Made by a program: the position numbers and the translations under genes. From NCBI GenBank assembly GCA_017885655.1, contig JAFNFQ010000004.1:6330-70329 (forward strand): a stretch of DNA of 64,000 nucleotides, written 5' to 3'. Below the pieces are notes generated by a model. That model saw only the letters and a list, made by a program, of their open reading frames with translations. It had not been told where the DNA came from and did no database searches. Source of the DNA: Methanobacteriota archaeon (GTDB lineage: Archaea; Thermoplasmatota; Thermoplasmata; RBG-16-68-12; JAFNFQ01). The stretch's first letter is position 1. Each line of letters opens with the position of its first letter. Shown here in pieces: positions 48,474-57,778 of the stretch.

Positions 48474-49319
48474 ATGGTCGAAGAGGTCTCCGGAATGAAG
48501 GAGGCCGTCAGGGGACTGCACGTTATCGATGGAGCCGGTGTGCACCTCAACAGGATTATCGGCTCGCCTCGCGTCGACTACATCGACCCGTTCGTCCTGT
48601 TGGACGAGTTCAAGAGCGACGACCCTGAAGACTACATCAGAGGGTTCCCCTGGCATCCCCACAGGGGCATCGAGACGGTCACGTACATGATCGATGGGAA
48701 GTTCGAGCATCAGGATTCCAAGGGTGGAGGCGGGCTCTTGACTCCCGGCACGGTCCAGTGGATGACCGCCGGCCGCGGCATCCTGCATCTGGAGATGCCG
48801 AAGATGAGTGAGGGAATCTTGTGGGGCTACCAGCTCTGGCTCACGCTGCCGAGGAAGGACAAGATGGTCCCGCCGAGGTACCAGCACCTGTCCGCCGAGA
48901 TGATGCCCGAGGCCAAGAGCGGCGGGGCGGCGGTGAAGGTCATCTCAGGCGACTATGGCGGGAAGACCGGCCCCGCTAAGACATGGTTCCCGATTTCCTA
49001 CTTTGACGTCCGACTCGATACGGGCGGGGTCTTCGCTCACAATGTCGCGAAGGGGATGCAGAAGTTCGTGTACGTGCACACTGGGGCGATAATCCTAGAC
49101 CCCGAGGGAGAGGCGAAGGAGATCGGGGCGGGCAACCTAGTGGTTCTGGATGATGGCGAAAGTGTCATCGTCAAAGGCTCAGATGTGAAGAACGGCTTTT
49201 TGTTCTTCGCAGGAGCGCCCTTGAAAGAACCGATAGTGAGGCGCGGGCCTTTCGTGATGAACACGCGCGAGGAGATACGTCAGGCCTCGGAGGACTTCGA
49301 GAACGGAAGGTTGTTCTGA
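48474..49319 (+). CDS. Pirin-family (bicupin) protein
   Basis: GFPWHPHRGIETVTYMIDG and GGLLTPGTVQWMTAGRGILHLE motifs. ATG 48474 is preceded by GGAGG at an 8-nt spacing. Confidence 0.88.
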   Translation: MVEEVSGMKEAVRGLHVIDGAGVHLNRIIGSPRVDYIDPFVLLDEFKSDDPEDYIRGFPWHPHRGIETVTYMIDGKFEHQDSKGGGGLLTPGTVQWMTAGRGILHLEMPKMSEGILWGYQLWLTLPRKDKMVPPRYQHLSAEMMPEAKSGGAAVKVISGDYGGKTGPAKTWFPISYFDVRLDTGGVFAHNVAKGMQKFVYVHTGAIILDPEGEAKEIGAGNLVVLDDGESVIVKGSDVKNGFLFFAGAPLKEPIVRRGPFVMNTREEIRQASEDFENGRLF

Positions 49320-49454
49320 CGGTGCCGGAGACCACGACGAGGCAGACTTCTTAGCAGGTCCTTTCTGCTCAATTGGGCATAATCGACGGCCTCCTGAGCG
49401 GTGGCTGGGGAGGTAAGCGAAATGCTCAATCCAGTCATCGGTGAGAAAGGGGAG

Positions 49455-49562
49455 TCCCGCCTTCCGGATTTGAACCGGAGGCCTGATGATGCCAGCGGGC
49501 ACCGCCAACTCTGGCGGGTACCTTCTACAGTCACCCGCTCTACCAGGCTGAGCTAAGGCGGG
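49455..49562 (-). tRNA. tRNA-Tyr (anticodon GUA) with a 34-nt intron at the canonical 37/38 position
   Basis: Hand-folded: acceptor CCCGCCT/AGGCGGG (C1-G72, the archaeal/eukaryal Tyr identity pair), D arm GCTC/GAGC, anticodon stem GGTGA/TCATC, loop CTGTAG|intron|A, T arm TCCGG-TTCAAAT-CCGGA. The intron contains the hairpin CCGCCAGAGTTGGCGG. Confidence 0.88.
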
Positions 49563-49565
49563 ACG

Positions 49566-49664
49566 TGCCGCAGGCCGGACTTGAACCGGCGACTTCGAGA
49601 TTTCCGCGCGAGGGCCTGACCCTCGTACTTCAGTCTCGCACTCTCCCAGCTGAGTTACTGCGGC
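49566..49664 (-). tRNA. tRNA-Phe (anticodon GAA) with a 26-nt intron at the canonical 37/38 position
   Basis: Hand-folded: acceptor GCCGCAG/CTGCGGC, D arm ACTC/GAGT, anticodon stem CGAGA/TCTCG, loop CTGAAG|intron|A, T arm GCCGG-TTCAAGT-CCGGC, discriminator A. Only 3 nt separate it from tRNA-Tyr. Confidence 0.88.
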
Positions 49665-49689
49665 TCCTTCCCGATGTATATGCGGGCTG

Positions 49690-49697
49690 GTAAAATA
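49690..49697 (-). promoter_or_regulatory. TATA-box-like element (TATTTTAC on the minus strand) upstream of the tRNA-Phe/Tyr pair
   Basis: Spans about -33 to -26 relative to the tRNA-Phe 5' end, by direct counting. Confidence 0.4.
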
Positions 49698-49752
49698 CCT
49701 TGTGTTCACGGACTCGGTTGCTGAGACTGAGCGGTGGACGTCATCCTGCGGC

Positions 49753-50622
49753 CTACAGGTACCCTGAATTCTGGAGGGTCATCAGGTCCTCCGTGCTGAG
49801 CTTCTCTCCTCTCCTGAACCTCTCGTAGATGAGCTCGGCCTCCTTCTTCGCCGCGACCTCGACGACCTCCTCGCGCGGCCTCGCCGTCCTCGCCCTGACA
49901 CCGTGGAGTATCTTGTCGTAGTCGTGCACGAGCCTGATGTGGTCGATGTGGCTCCTGTGCTCCTCGTCGGCCATCATCTTCGTCTTGATGAACTCCTCCT
50001 GGGCGCCGTCCGCCTCCTTCCTCACCGCGTCGCCCTGCTCGTACAGGGAGATCATAATGTCGTGCTCCGCCTGCGCCTGCTCTGCGAGCTCCCCGACCCT
50101 CTTGTGCGCGGTCTCGGCGGTCTCCTTCGTCGCCGCGAGCTCCTCCCGTGCCTTCTTGACCTCCTCGTCCTCCTCCAGGGTCTGCTCTATCTTGTTGATC
50201 TCCGCCTGGTACCGCCCCATCTCCTTGATCAGATCCTTCTCCTTGTCCGCCGTGAGGACCGAGGTCATCTGCCTGAACTCGAGCGCCTTGAGCTCTTTCT
50301 TGAGCTCGAAAAGGTAAGCCTCGCCCCTCGGCATCTTCCTCCGCTTGATGTCGCCGATTATCGCAGCGAGGTCGTTCACCCTGCGGTTCCACCTGTCCCT
50401 CTCCTCCTTGGCCTTCCTGACATCGAGGTTGAGGGCGTCTCTCTTCTCGCGGTGGACAGTCGCCTCCTCGATGAGGGGCCTCGCCTGCGCGTTGAGGGCG
50501 TCCCTCTTCTCGACCCACTGCCTGGTCTTCTCGTTGAGGTCGTCGCGCTTCCGCCTGTGCTTCTCAGCGTCGGCGTTGGCCCTCTCTCTTTTCTCCAGTA
50601 ACCCCCGCTCGAACTCCGCCAT
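49753..50622 (-). CDS. Archaeal coiled-coil protein (COG1340-like), paralog of 18192..19064
   Basis: 289 aa, the same K/E/R-rich coiled-coil layout and length as the 290-aa product at 18192..19064. Confidence 0.75.
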   Translation of the reverse strand: MAEFERGLLEKRERANADAEKHRRKRDDLNEKTRQWVEKRDALNAQARPLIEEATVHREKRDALNLDVRKAKEERDRWNRRVNDLAAIIGDIKRRKMPRGEAYLFELKKELKALEFRQMTSVLTADKEKDLIKEMGRYQAEINKIEQTLEEDEEVKKAREELAATKETAETAHKRVGELAEQAQAEHDIMISLYEQGDAVRKEADGAQEEFIKTKMMADEEHRSHIDHIRLVHDYDKILHGVRARTARPREEVVEVAAKKEAELIYERFRRGEKLSTEDLMTLQNSGYL

Positions 50623-50710
50623 ATCCTACGACCAATGGAGGGTCAATCCTAGAGAATTGAACCTTATAATCTTTTCTGGGAGCTGGCCGCCCATTGCACG
50701 TGCTCGGGCC

Positions 50711-51295
50711 TCACTGGCTCGCCACGACGGGGGGTTTCTGCACGCCGAGCACCTTCACGAGTGCGCTCTGGCCGAGGTCCTTGAACGCCTGCTCGACGTT
50801 CTCCCCCGTCTTCGCGCTCGTCATGACGTACTTCCATCCGCGGGCGCTGCAGAATTTCTCCAGCTCGCCGTCGCTGACCTGCCTCGACTCCTTCAGGTCG
50901 ACCTTGTTGGCGACCACCTGCGTCGGGACGACACCCGCGACCGTCTCGATCGCCTTCGACCATGAGTCCAGCTCGAGGAGCGTCTCCTGCCTCGTCAGGT
51001 CGCAGACGGCCATGACGCCGTTCGCGCCGTGGTAGTAGGCTTCCTTCAGCAGGTCCCTGATCGACCTCGTGCCCATGACGTCCCAGATGATCAGGTCAGC
51101 CTTCACCTGGCCTCCATCGAAGTCGACCAAGGTGACAGTCTTCTTCGTGACCTTCGTCCCGAGCGTGGCGATATACCTGTCGTCGTACATGTCCAGGACG
51201 AAGCGCTTGATCATGCTGCTCTTGCCGACGGCGGGCTCTCCGGCTAGACAGAGTTTAACCTTCACTGCTCTTGGCCTTTCGTCATCTTGAGCCAT
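50711..51295 (-). CDS. Small Ras/Rab-like GTPase
   Basis: G1 GEPAVGKSS, G3 WDVMG, G4 NKVD, G5 SAK. Start taken at MAQDDERPR (ATG 51295); the maximal ORF reaches 51349. Confidence 0.85.
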   Translation of the reverse strand: MAQDDERPRAVKVKLCLAGEPAVGKSSMIKRFVLDMYDDRYIATLGTKVTKKTVTLVDFDGGQVKADLIIWDVMGTRSIRDLLKEAYYHGANGVMAVCDLTRQETLLELDSWSKAIETVAGVVPTQVVANKVDLKESRQVSDGELEKFCSARGWKYVMTSAKTGENVEQAFKDLGQSALVKVLGVQKPPVVASQ

Positions 51296-51557
51296 CGCAC
51301 CCCATCTTCCAGTAGAATGCCGCGGTCTCTGCATCTCCCTTGAGCTCATAAATCTTGGCCTTCAACCGCCACATCCCGGGGTACTCGGGCTCGATCTCCT
51401 CGAGCTGCCGAAGCCAGTCGAGGGCCTCCTCGAACTTGCCTTGGATTGACCTCAGCGCGGCGTACGTGAACATGACATCGGGGTCCTTGTCGTTCGCCCT
51501 GAGCCTCTCGTCGAGGACCTTTTCCGTGTCCGGTCTGAACACAATAGACTCGTTCAA
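51282..51557 (-). CDS. Mini TPR-like protein (91 aa) overlapping the GTPase start
   Basis: Two TPR-like units (FTYAALRSIQGKFEEALDWLRQLEEIEP / GMWRLKAKIYELKGDAETAAFYWK). The 3' end overlaps the GTPase ATG by 14 nt. Confidence 0.55.
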   Translation of the reverse strand: MNESIVFRPDTEKVLDERLRANDKDPDVMFTYAALRSIQGKFEEALDWLRQLEEIEPEYPGMWRLKAKIYELKGDAETAAFYWKMGCDGSR

Positions 51558-51716
51558 GCCGCACCTCTATGCGTCGAATAACTGCAAATCCGCTGTATCT
51601 CACCTAAGAACGCCCGCTGACCGCTTTAATGCTTATGCCCCGACTCTCATGGCTGATACTACGGCCAGATGACCCGGCAGCGGGTCAAATGTGGCATTCC
51701 GGCCCGTTATCAACTT

Positions 51717-52913
51717 CTAGAATATCCTGACCTTGCCCTTCACGATGCGCTCCGTCAGGTTCCCTATGTGGTCGAGGCCATTCGCGATCACGCCCTCGAT
51801 GTTTCCCTTCACGGACGCCAGCTTCGCGCCGTCCGCGAGCATGACCTGGGCCGTCGCTGCCTGGGGTTCGGATATCGGCCTGCCTATCTGCGAGACCATG
51901 CGGACGTGGACCTCCTCGATGTCCCCGCTCGCCTCGTCCACGATCCTCTGCGCGAGCTCGAACGCGAGTATGTTGTAGAGCTTGCCGACGTGGGTCACCG
52001 GGTTCTTGCCCGCGGTTGCCTCGAGGCTCATCGGCCTGTACGGCGTGATGAGACCGTTGCACCTGTTCCCCCGCCCGACTGACCCGTCGTCGCCGTTCTC
52101 GAACGAGACGCCCGTGACGGTGAGGTAGAAGATGTTCGCCTTGGGGTTGTCTCCGGTGTTGACCTCAACCGCGACCTCCCTCTTCGTCTTCCTCGCCGCG
52201 AGGTTGAGTATCAGGTCCTTGAGTTCCTCCTTGACGTTCATGTAATGATCCTTGTCGGGGATGTACCTGTCCACCATGGCCGCCGCGACGGTGAGGAAGA
52301 TCTTGTCCTTCGACCTGTACGCCATGACCTTGACGTCCTGCCCTACCTCGGGCAGCTTCTTCTTCAGCGGCCCGTTGATGAGCTCCTCAGTCTCCAGGGC
52401 GAGCTTCTCCGTCTCGCTGTAGGGCGCGAAGCTGACGCCGAACGACGTGTCGTTCGCCAGCAGCTTCTTCGTCTCGTACAGGCCCCTCAGGTCGACAGAT
52501 CCCTGCCCGATCTTGCAGTCGATGATAGTCTCCGAGTCGACATGGAGGTTCGTGCAGATGCTCTGGATGTAGTCGTGGGCGGCCTGCACCGCCACGTGCC
52601 TGTATGGCAGCCGGTGGCCTTCGACCTGGGTCACGGCCCTGCCGACCAGGAGCACATATGCGGGATCGAGCACGACACCGCCCCCGAAGCGAGGGTCTGA
52701 CTGGCCGCCGACCACCTGCACCTCGTCCGTGTTGTGATGGAGTATGCGCCCGTACCTCTCGATGTACATCTGGCAGAGCGCCCTCGAGACGCTCTCGGCG
52801 ACGCCGTCGGCTATGCTGTCGGGGTGGCCTATGCCCTTCCTCTCGACTATCTCGGTCTCCTGCTTCTCGATCGGAGTGTGAGCCAAATGCTCGACGAATA
52901 TGTTTCGCGCCAA
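51717..52913 (-). CDS. mat: Archaeal-type S-adenosylmethionine synthetase
   Basis: N-terminus [21 protein letters not shown], plus about 400-aa length and layout typical of archaeal MAT (not the bacterial MetK type). Confidence 0.93.
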   Translation of the reverse strand: MARNIFVEHLAHTPIEKQETEIVERKGIGHPDSIADGVAESVSRALCQMYIERYGRILHHNTDEVQVVGGQSDPRFGGGVVLDPAYVLLVGRAVTQVEGHRLPYRHVAVQAAHDYIQSICTNLHVDSETIIDCKIGQGSVDLRGLYETKKLLANDTSFGVSFAPYSETEKLALETEELINGPLKKKLPEVGQDVKVMAYRSKDKIFLTVAAAMVDRYIPDKDHYMNVKEELKDLILNLAARKTKREVAVEVNTGDNPKANIFYLTVTGVSFENGDDGSVGRGNRCNGLITPYRPMSLEATAGKNPVTHVGKLYNILAFELAQRIVDEASGDIEEVHVRMVSQIGRPISEPQAATAQVMLADGAKLASVKGNIEGVIANGLDHIGNLTERIVKGKVRIF

Positions 52914-53074
52914 GGTCCTTCACCCGTTCTTTCTGGCGGGAGAGCCAGCACGTAGATAGGGTTTTTGTTTCCTTCCGGCTACAAACGCTCCGGGGCCGCT
53001 CGATTCCCCGCCGATTCGGGATTCAGAAGCGGGAGGTATTAATCGCCTGCTGATGCTTTGATTCCGATAGGAAT

Positions 53075-53662
53075 ATGTGGCGGGACGCGGTTTATCCCAC
53101 GATGCTGCCCGATCTGAGCGAGATCTCCAGGCTGCGGAGGAGCCTCGGCCTGACGCAGGCTCAGCTGGCCGCCTTGGCGGGAGTAAGCCAGAGCGCGATA
53201 GCAAAGATCGAGCGGAGCCAGATGATCCCCTCTTACGAACTCGCGAAGAAGCTGCTGGAGACCTTGCAGAGGCAGCTGGAGAAGGTCGAGCCCGAGGTCG
53301 TCGCGAGCAAGGTGAGGACCAGGGTGGTCTACTCGGTGACCCCCGAGGCGACCCTTCAGGAGGCCGCGGAGGTGATGCGAGGCCGCGGTTTCTCCCAGCT
53401 GCCGGTGATCAAGGACGGCAGGAACGTGGGCAACCTGACGGAGGGGACGATCGCCAGGCTGATTCTAGAGGGGAAGAGCCTGAAAGACCTCGCGCAGATA
53501 CGCGCGTCGCAGGTCATGGAAGCCCCGCTGCCGACCGTCGACGAGGACGCGCCCGTGAGCATCATCGCCGCACTGCTCCAGCGCTATCCCGCCGTACTTG
53601 TCGTGAGGGGCGGCGAGATCGCGGGGATAGTCGCCAAATCCGACCTGATGAAGCTGCTCTGA
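53075..53662 (+). CDS. XRE-type HTH transcriptional regulator with a CBS-pair sensor domain
   Basis: LTQAQLAALAGVSQSAIAKIERSQMIPSYELAKKL (HTH_XRE) followed by two CBS units. An alternative start is at 53102. Confidence 0.85.
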   Translation: MWRDAVYPTMLPDLSEISRLRRSLGLTQAQLAALAGVSQSAIAKIERSQMIPSYELAKKLLETLQRQLEKVEPEVVASKVRTRVVYSVTPEATLQEAAEVMRGRGFSQLPVIKDGRNVGNLTEGTIARLILEGKSLKDLAQIRASQVMEAPLPTVDEDAPVSIIAALLQRYPAVLVVRGGEIAGIVAKSDLMKLL

Positions 53663-53668
53663 GATGCA

Positions 53669-54577
53669 TCAGTCGGTGTACTGGACTTTGTACTCCAGGA
53701 AATCGTCGGCGAGCATGCTGTTCTCGAACACCGCCTTCGCCTCGGCGAGCATGGGTGCCGGATCCTCGTAGCGCGGGCTGAAGTGCGTAAGGAAGAGGAC
53801 CCTGGCGCCGCACTCCTTCGCGAGCGCCGCGGCCTGTCTTGCGGTGGAATGCCCGTACTTGTTCGCCTTCTCCTCCATGGTCGAGTCCGCGGTGGCGTCG
53901 TGGACGAGGACGTCGCAGTCCCTCGCGAACTCCGCGAGCTTGGGATGTGCGAGAGTGTCGCCCGTGTACACCAGCTTCCTGCCCTTCCGCGGCGGGCCCA
54001 TCACCATGTCGGGGGTGAAGGTCTTCCCGCCAAAAGCCACCGTCTGCCCGTCCTGCAGCTTCCCGAACAGCGGTCCCTCCGGTATCCCGAGCTCCAGGGC
54101 CTTGGGCTTGTCGAACCTGCCCGGCCTCATCTTCTCCTCCAGGCAATAGGAAAGCGCGGGGACCGCATGCTGCGCATCGATGGCGGACACGGTGTACTCG
54201 CCGAAGTCGATCGACGACCCGCCGGCCATCTCCGTGACCCCGATCGCGAAACCAGGGATGAAGTACCCGAGCGTGACGAGGGTGTGCGCGAGCTGCTTCA
54301 TCCCCGCCGGACCGAAGATGTGCATCGGCCTGTCGCGGTCGTACATGTTCATGCTCTGTATGAGGCCGGGCAGCCCGAGGAAGTGGTCTCCGTGGAAGTG
54401 CGTGATGAAGACCTTGGTCACCTGCATGAACGAGAGCTTGGAGAGCATGAACTGGCGCTGGGTGCCCTCGCCGCAGTCGAAGAGGACGACCTCGGGGCCG
54501 CGCTTCACCGCCATTGCGGGCGCGTTCCTCTTCGGCGTAGGCCAGGATCCGCTGGTGCCGAGGAATACGATTTCCAC
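53669..54577 (-). CDS. rnz: Ribonuclease Z (tRNA 3' endonuclease)
   Basis: MEIVFLGTSGSWPT, FDCGEGTQRQ, and ITHFHGDHFLGLPGL (HxHxDH) with MBL-fold length. Confidence 0.9.
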   Translation of the reverse strand: MEIVFLGTSGSWPTPKRNAPAMAVKRGPEVVLFDCGEGTQRQFMLSKLSFMQVTKVFITHFHGDHFLGLPGLIQSMNMYDRDRPMHIFGPAGMKQLAHTLVTLGYFIPGFAIGVTEMAGGSSIDFGEYTVSAIDAQHAVPALSYCLEEKMRPGRFDKPKALELGIPEGPLFGKLQDGQTVAFGGKTFTPDMVMGPPRKGRKLVYTGDTLAHPKLAEFARDCDVLVHDATADSTMEEKANKYGHSTARQAAALAKECGARVLFLTHFSPRYEDPAPMLAEAKAVFENSMLADDFLEYKVQYTD

Positions 54578-54617
54578 GGGGCGAGGAATGGCGGCTCCGA
54601 CTTAAGGTTTCCCCGCG

Positions 54618-55667
54618 TCACTTCCAGCTCGTAAGGATGTCCTCGCGGTTGAACCTCCTCAGGTTCAGCCAGACGAGGAATGCGAGGACCCCGAGGAACG
54701 CGATGGCGATGATGGTCATGAACCCCACGGTGATCGAGCCCATGCCCGTGACCGGCCCTATCACGAACACCAGCAGGACCGGGAGGACTATCAGGGCGCT
54801 GTACTGCTGCGCCGTCCTGACGTCGTTCACCTTGGATGATATGTAGACGTTCATCGCGATGCCGACGATGCAGATGATTGGGGTCAAGACGAACACGCCG
54901 ACCAGCCAGACCGCATCGGGGATGAGGAGGTAGCCCAGGAGTGGGGCGGTGAGGAGGTCGATGAGGGCGGTCATGATCGCGAACGCGACGAGAATCAGCG
55001 ACATCACAGGCACGAACACCGCGATATATTTCCCGAAGAGCAGCTCGCCGTCCGTCAGCGGGGTCGAGAGCAGCGGCTCCAAGGTCTTGTTCGTCTTCTC
55101 CCCGACGAAGCTGTACGAGGCTATCGTCGTGGGCATCGCGACCGCCATGATGAAGAAGAAGTAGAGCAGGAAGCTGTGGGTCATCAAGTCGAGCAGGGAC
55201 TTGTACAGTTCCCTCGATCCGGTAGTCGTACCCGAGATGACCGTGTCGATCATGACGGTCGAGTTCTGCCCGTACTGGGAGTTCCTCAGGACGCAGCCGA
55301 TGAGGATCCCGTTCGCGATAGACACGTTATCGAGTAGTGAGCCGTAGGCGATGACGTTCGTGAGGGTGCTGTTGTTGATGTACGAGACGTTCACGATGCC
55401 GTTCAAGACCGTCGAGAAGTTCACCCAGGCGTTGTTGAGCGTCGTGTCCTTCAGGTCGACATGGTCGTAGAAGACCAGGAGGTTGAGGTGCAGGTCCGGT
55501 TCCGGCGGCGGCTCCTGCGAGGCCAGGGAGGCCAGCGGGACCGCGATGAGCACGGAGAAGACCGACATGAGGATTGGCATCATCGCCAGCGTCGCGATGA
55601 TATGCTTGTTCGCCCTGAACTCAGAGAAGTCCTTCCTCGCGACGATCCAAGCCTTCCTCATCCTCAT
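54618..55667 (-). CDS. ABC-2-type transporter permease
   Basis: Start MRMRKAWIVARKDFSEF overlaps the ATPase stop (ATGA). One N-terminal TM, a large extracytoplasmic loop, and a C-terminal cluster of about 5 TMs. Confidence 0.8.
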   Translation of the reverse strand: MRMRKAWIVARKDFSEFRANKHIIATLAMMPILMSVFSVLIAVPLASLASQEPPPEPDLHLNLLVFYDHVDLKDTTLNNAWVNFSTVLNGIVNVSYINNSTLTNVIAYGSLLDNVSIANGILIGCVLRNSQYGQNSTVMIDTVISGTTTGSRELYKSLLDLMTHSFLLYFFFIMAVAMPTTIASYSFVGEKTNKTLEPLLSTPLTDGELLFGKYIAVFVPVMSLILVAFAIMTALIDLLTAPLLGYLLIPDAVWLVGVFVLTPIICIVGIAMNVYISSKVNDVRTAQQYSALIVLPVLLVFVIGPVTGMGSITVGFMTIIAIAFLGVLAFLVWLNLRRFNREDILTSWK

Positions 55668-56599
55668 TTCGCTTCGTCCCCCCTGATGAGCTTGAGGTAG
55701 ATGTCCTCGAGGCTGTGCTCTCTCTCCTTCATCGAGACGACCTCGGCGCCCGCCCTCACGAGCGCCTCGGCGAGGCGGGGGTTGTCGTTGTCCGGGTCGT
55801 CCATGGACACGATCAGCCGCCCGTCCTCCCGCCTCACGCCCTTGACGAAGCCGAGCGCTTCGATGGCGGTGACGAACCTCGCGTCTGGAGTCTTCAGGGT
55901 GACCTCCGTGCTCCTCGACCACATCCTGTCCGCGAGGTCGTGCGGTGAACCGAAGGCGACGAGGCGGGTGTTCATGATGCCAACGCGGTCGCTGAGCCTC
56001 TGCGCCTCGTAGAGGTTGTGCGTGTTCAGGAGGATCGTGCCGCCCCTCGCTTTGAGCTGGAGGATGAAGTCCCTCACGACCTTGCTCGCCTCGGGGTCCA
56101 GGCTCGCCGTCGGCTCGTCGAGGAAGAGGATGCGCGGCTCGTGCACGAGGGCTCGGGCGATCGCGATCTTTTGCCTCATCCCCTTGGAGAACTTCGCTAT
56201 CTTGTCGCCGCGGCGGTCGTAGATCTCCAACGTCTTCAGAATCTCCTCGATGCGGCCCTGGAGCTTCGATGGCGGGACGCCGTAGATTTCTCCATAGAAC
56301 CTGAGGTTCCGTTCCGCGCTGAGCGACTCGTAGAGGCCCGGGTTCTCAGGGAGGAGGCCGAGCTGCTCGCGGACGTTGATTGGCTGCGTTGTCACGTCGA
56401 AGCCGCCGACCTCGGCGGTTCCTGCCGTCGGCCTGAGGAGGGTGCAGAGCATGCGCATCGTGGTGGTCTTGCCGGCGCCGTTAGGGCCGAGGAGCGCGAA
56501 GACCTGGCCCCAGGCGACGTCGAAGGAGACGTCCTGGACGGCGGTTTTGTTGCCGAAGAGCCTGGTGAGGCCCCTTGCCTGGATGGCGAGGCCGGACAT
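55664..56599 (-). CDS. ABC transporter ATP-binding protein (ABC-2/CcmA-like)
   Basis: Walker A GPNGAGKTT, signature FSKGMRQK, Walker B ILFLDEP, H-loop NTHN. Confidence 0.92.
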   Translation of the reverse strand: MSGLAIQARGLTRLFGNKTAVQDVSFDVAWGQVFALLGPNGAGKTTTMRMLCTLLRPTAGTAEVGGFDVTTQPINVREQLGLLPENPGLYESLSAERNLRFYGEIYGVPPSKLQGRIEEILKTLEIYDRRGDKIAKFSKGMRQKIAIARALVHEPRILFLDEPTASLDPEASKVVRDFILQLKARGGTILLNTHNLYEAQRLSDRVGIMNTRLVAFGSPHDLADRMWSRSTEVTLKTPDARFVTAIEALGFVKGVRREDGRLIVSMDDPDNDNPRLAEALVRAGAEVVSMKEREHSLEDIYLKLIRGDEAK

Positions 56600-57537
56600 G
56601 GCGGGTGGGAGAGGAAGGGGACGGAGATAACGTTAGCGGAGGGCGGGGCGCTCTCGCCATCGGACGGCTGAAGAGTTCCGGCGGACGATCGGATTTCTTT
56701 TCCGGACAACCGGAGGGGAATCCTGACGGTTGCTTTCCGGCGTCGGACAATCATCGGCGGATCCCGCGCATTCTTCTGGAGATTCAGCGCGATCGCTGGG
56801 GAATGGCGGGCAACCTCGCGAAACCTCCGAGCAACCGTACTCTGATGCGAGACAGTCGTCCCATGCATCGGACAGCTGTTCGGCGATACAATCAGGTCGT
56901 CCTGTAATCCTGCAGAGTCGCTCGGAAGCCCAAGACACCCTCACGGGACTGCTGCGCAGTCATCTGGAAACGGACTCCAGTCTTCCAGAAATCGATTCCA
57001 GTTGTTCGGAAGCATCCTGCAGTCTTCCTGAAGCTCGAATAGGTCCGCTTCAGAGAATCAGCAATCACATGGCGGTTCAAACTGGCAACGCTGGAATTCG
57101 AGCCAATTGAACGACGGACCATGTCGGATGCCCGGGGAACGATCTAGGCCGCTCGGGAATCTTCCAAGATTCAAGTGCAACAGTCGGCAAGTCGACGCAT
57201 GATACCGTCAGGGTTCCCTTTTTACCCTTATGCTCGGTCACATTCATCGAACTGCCGTCTGTCTTCAAGGGCATCCCATCAATTCCAACCCCTGAAGTGC
57301 TGGGATGACTCCCGCCAAACGAACTATCGATGACCGCGAGTGGCTGATCAAGCACCTAACCCCCATGGTGGGGATAGGGCGCGAGATATCGGAGCGCGAT
57401 TCAAGCCTTCCCGCCCGTCCTTGAGCCGCCACGAGCCGAAAACGAGGACGATGCCCGGTCCGCGCAAGGTGGTGAGAAGCGCGTTCTTGCGATATGGAGA
57501 GGAATTTAACTAGTTACAACTCTTATGATTATCCGAC

Positions 57538-57759
57538 ATGGTCTACAAGAGCATCCCTGTGACCGAGGAGACCTACCGGCGGCTCAAGGACTACAAGATG
57601 AGGGGAGCGACGTTCGACGAGGTGATCAACGAGCTCATGCGCAGCGTCCCCGTCGAGGTCCTGGCGGAACGCGTCGTCAAGGAGCACCACGAGCGGATGC
57701 GAGGGCGCGAGGGGAGACCGTGGCGCCAGGTCCTGGAGAAGCGAAAGCGCAGGGCGTGA
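57538..57759 (+). CDS. VapB-like antitoxin-family protein (DUF217/PF02697-like), orphan
   Basis: N-terminus MVYKSIPVTEETYRRLKDYKMRGATFDEVINELM fits the archaeal pattern M.KTI.V.DEVY..L...K....SF(S/D)EVI..L. No PIN/VapC gene follows. Confidence 0.6.
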   Translation: MVYKSIPVTEETYRRLKDYKMRGATFDEVINELMRSVPVEVLAERVVKEHHERMRGREGRPWRQVLEKRKRRA

Positions 57760-57778
57760 ACTCCTTGGCCGCTTAGAA

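Noticed and set aside
48192-48550. Overlapping long versions of panE (to 48550) and pirin (from 48192).
   Set aside because: The two would overlap head-to-head by about 360 nt. GTG 48346 (VKVLVFGAGAMG Rossmann start) and the SD-preceded ATG 48474 give family-typical lengths (297 and 281 aa) and a 127-bp divergent promoter region.
56600-57537. Possible RNase P RNA, SRP RNA or other housekeeping ncRNA in the long gap.
   Set aside because: I could not find the conserved P4-type GAGGAAAGTCC or ACAGAA motifs, or SRP helix-8-type motifs, by eye on either strand. This can only be settled with covariance-model searches.
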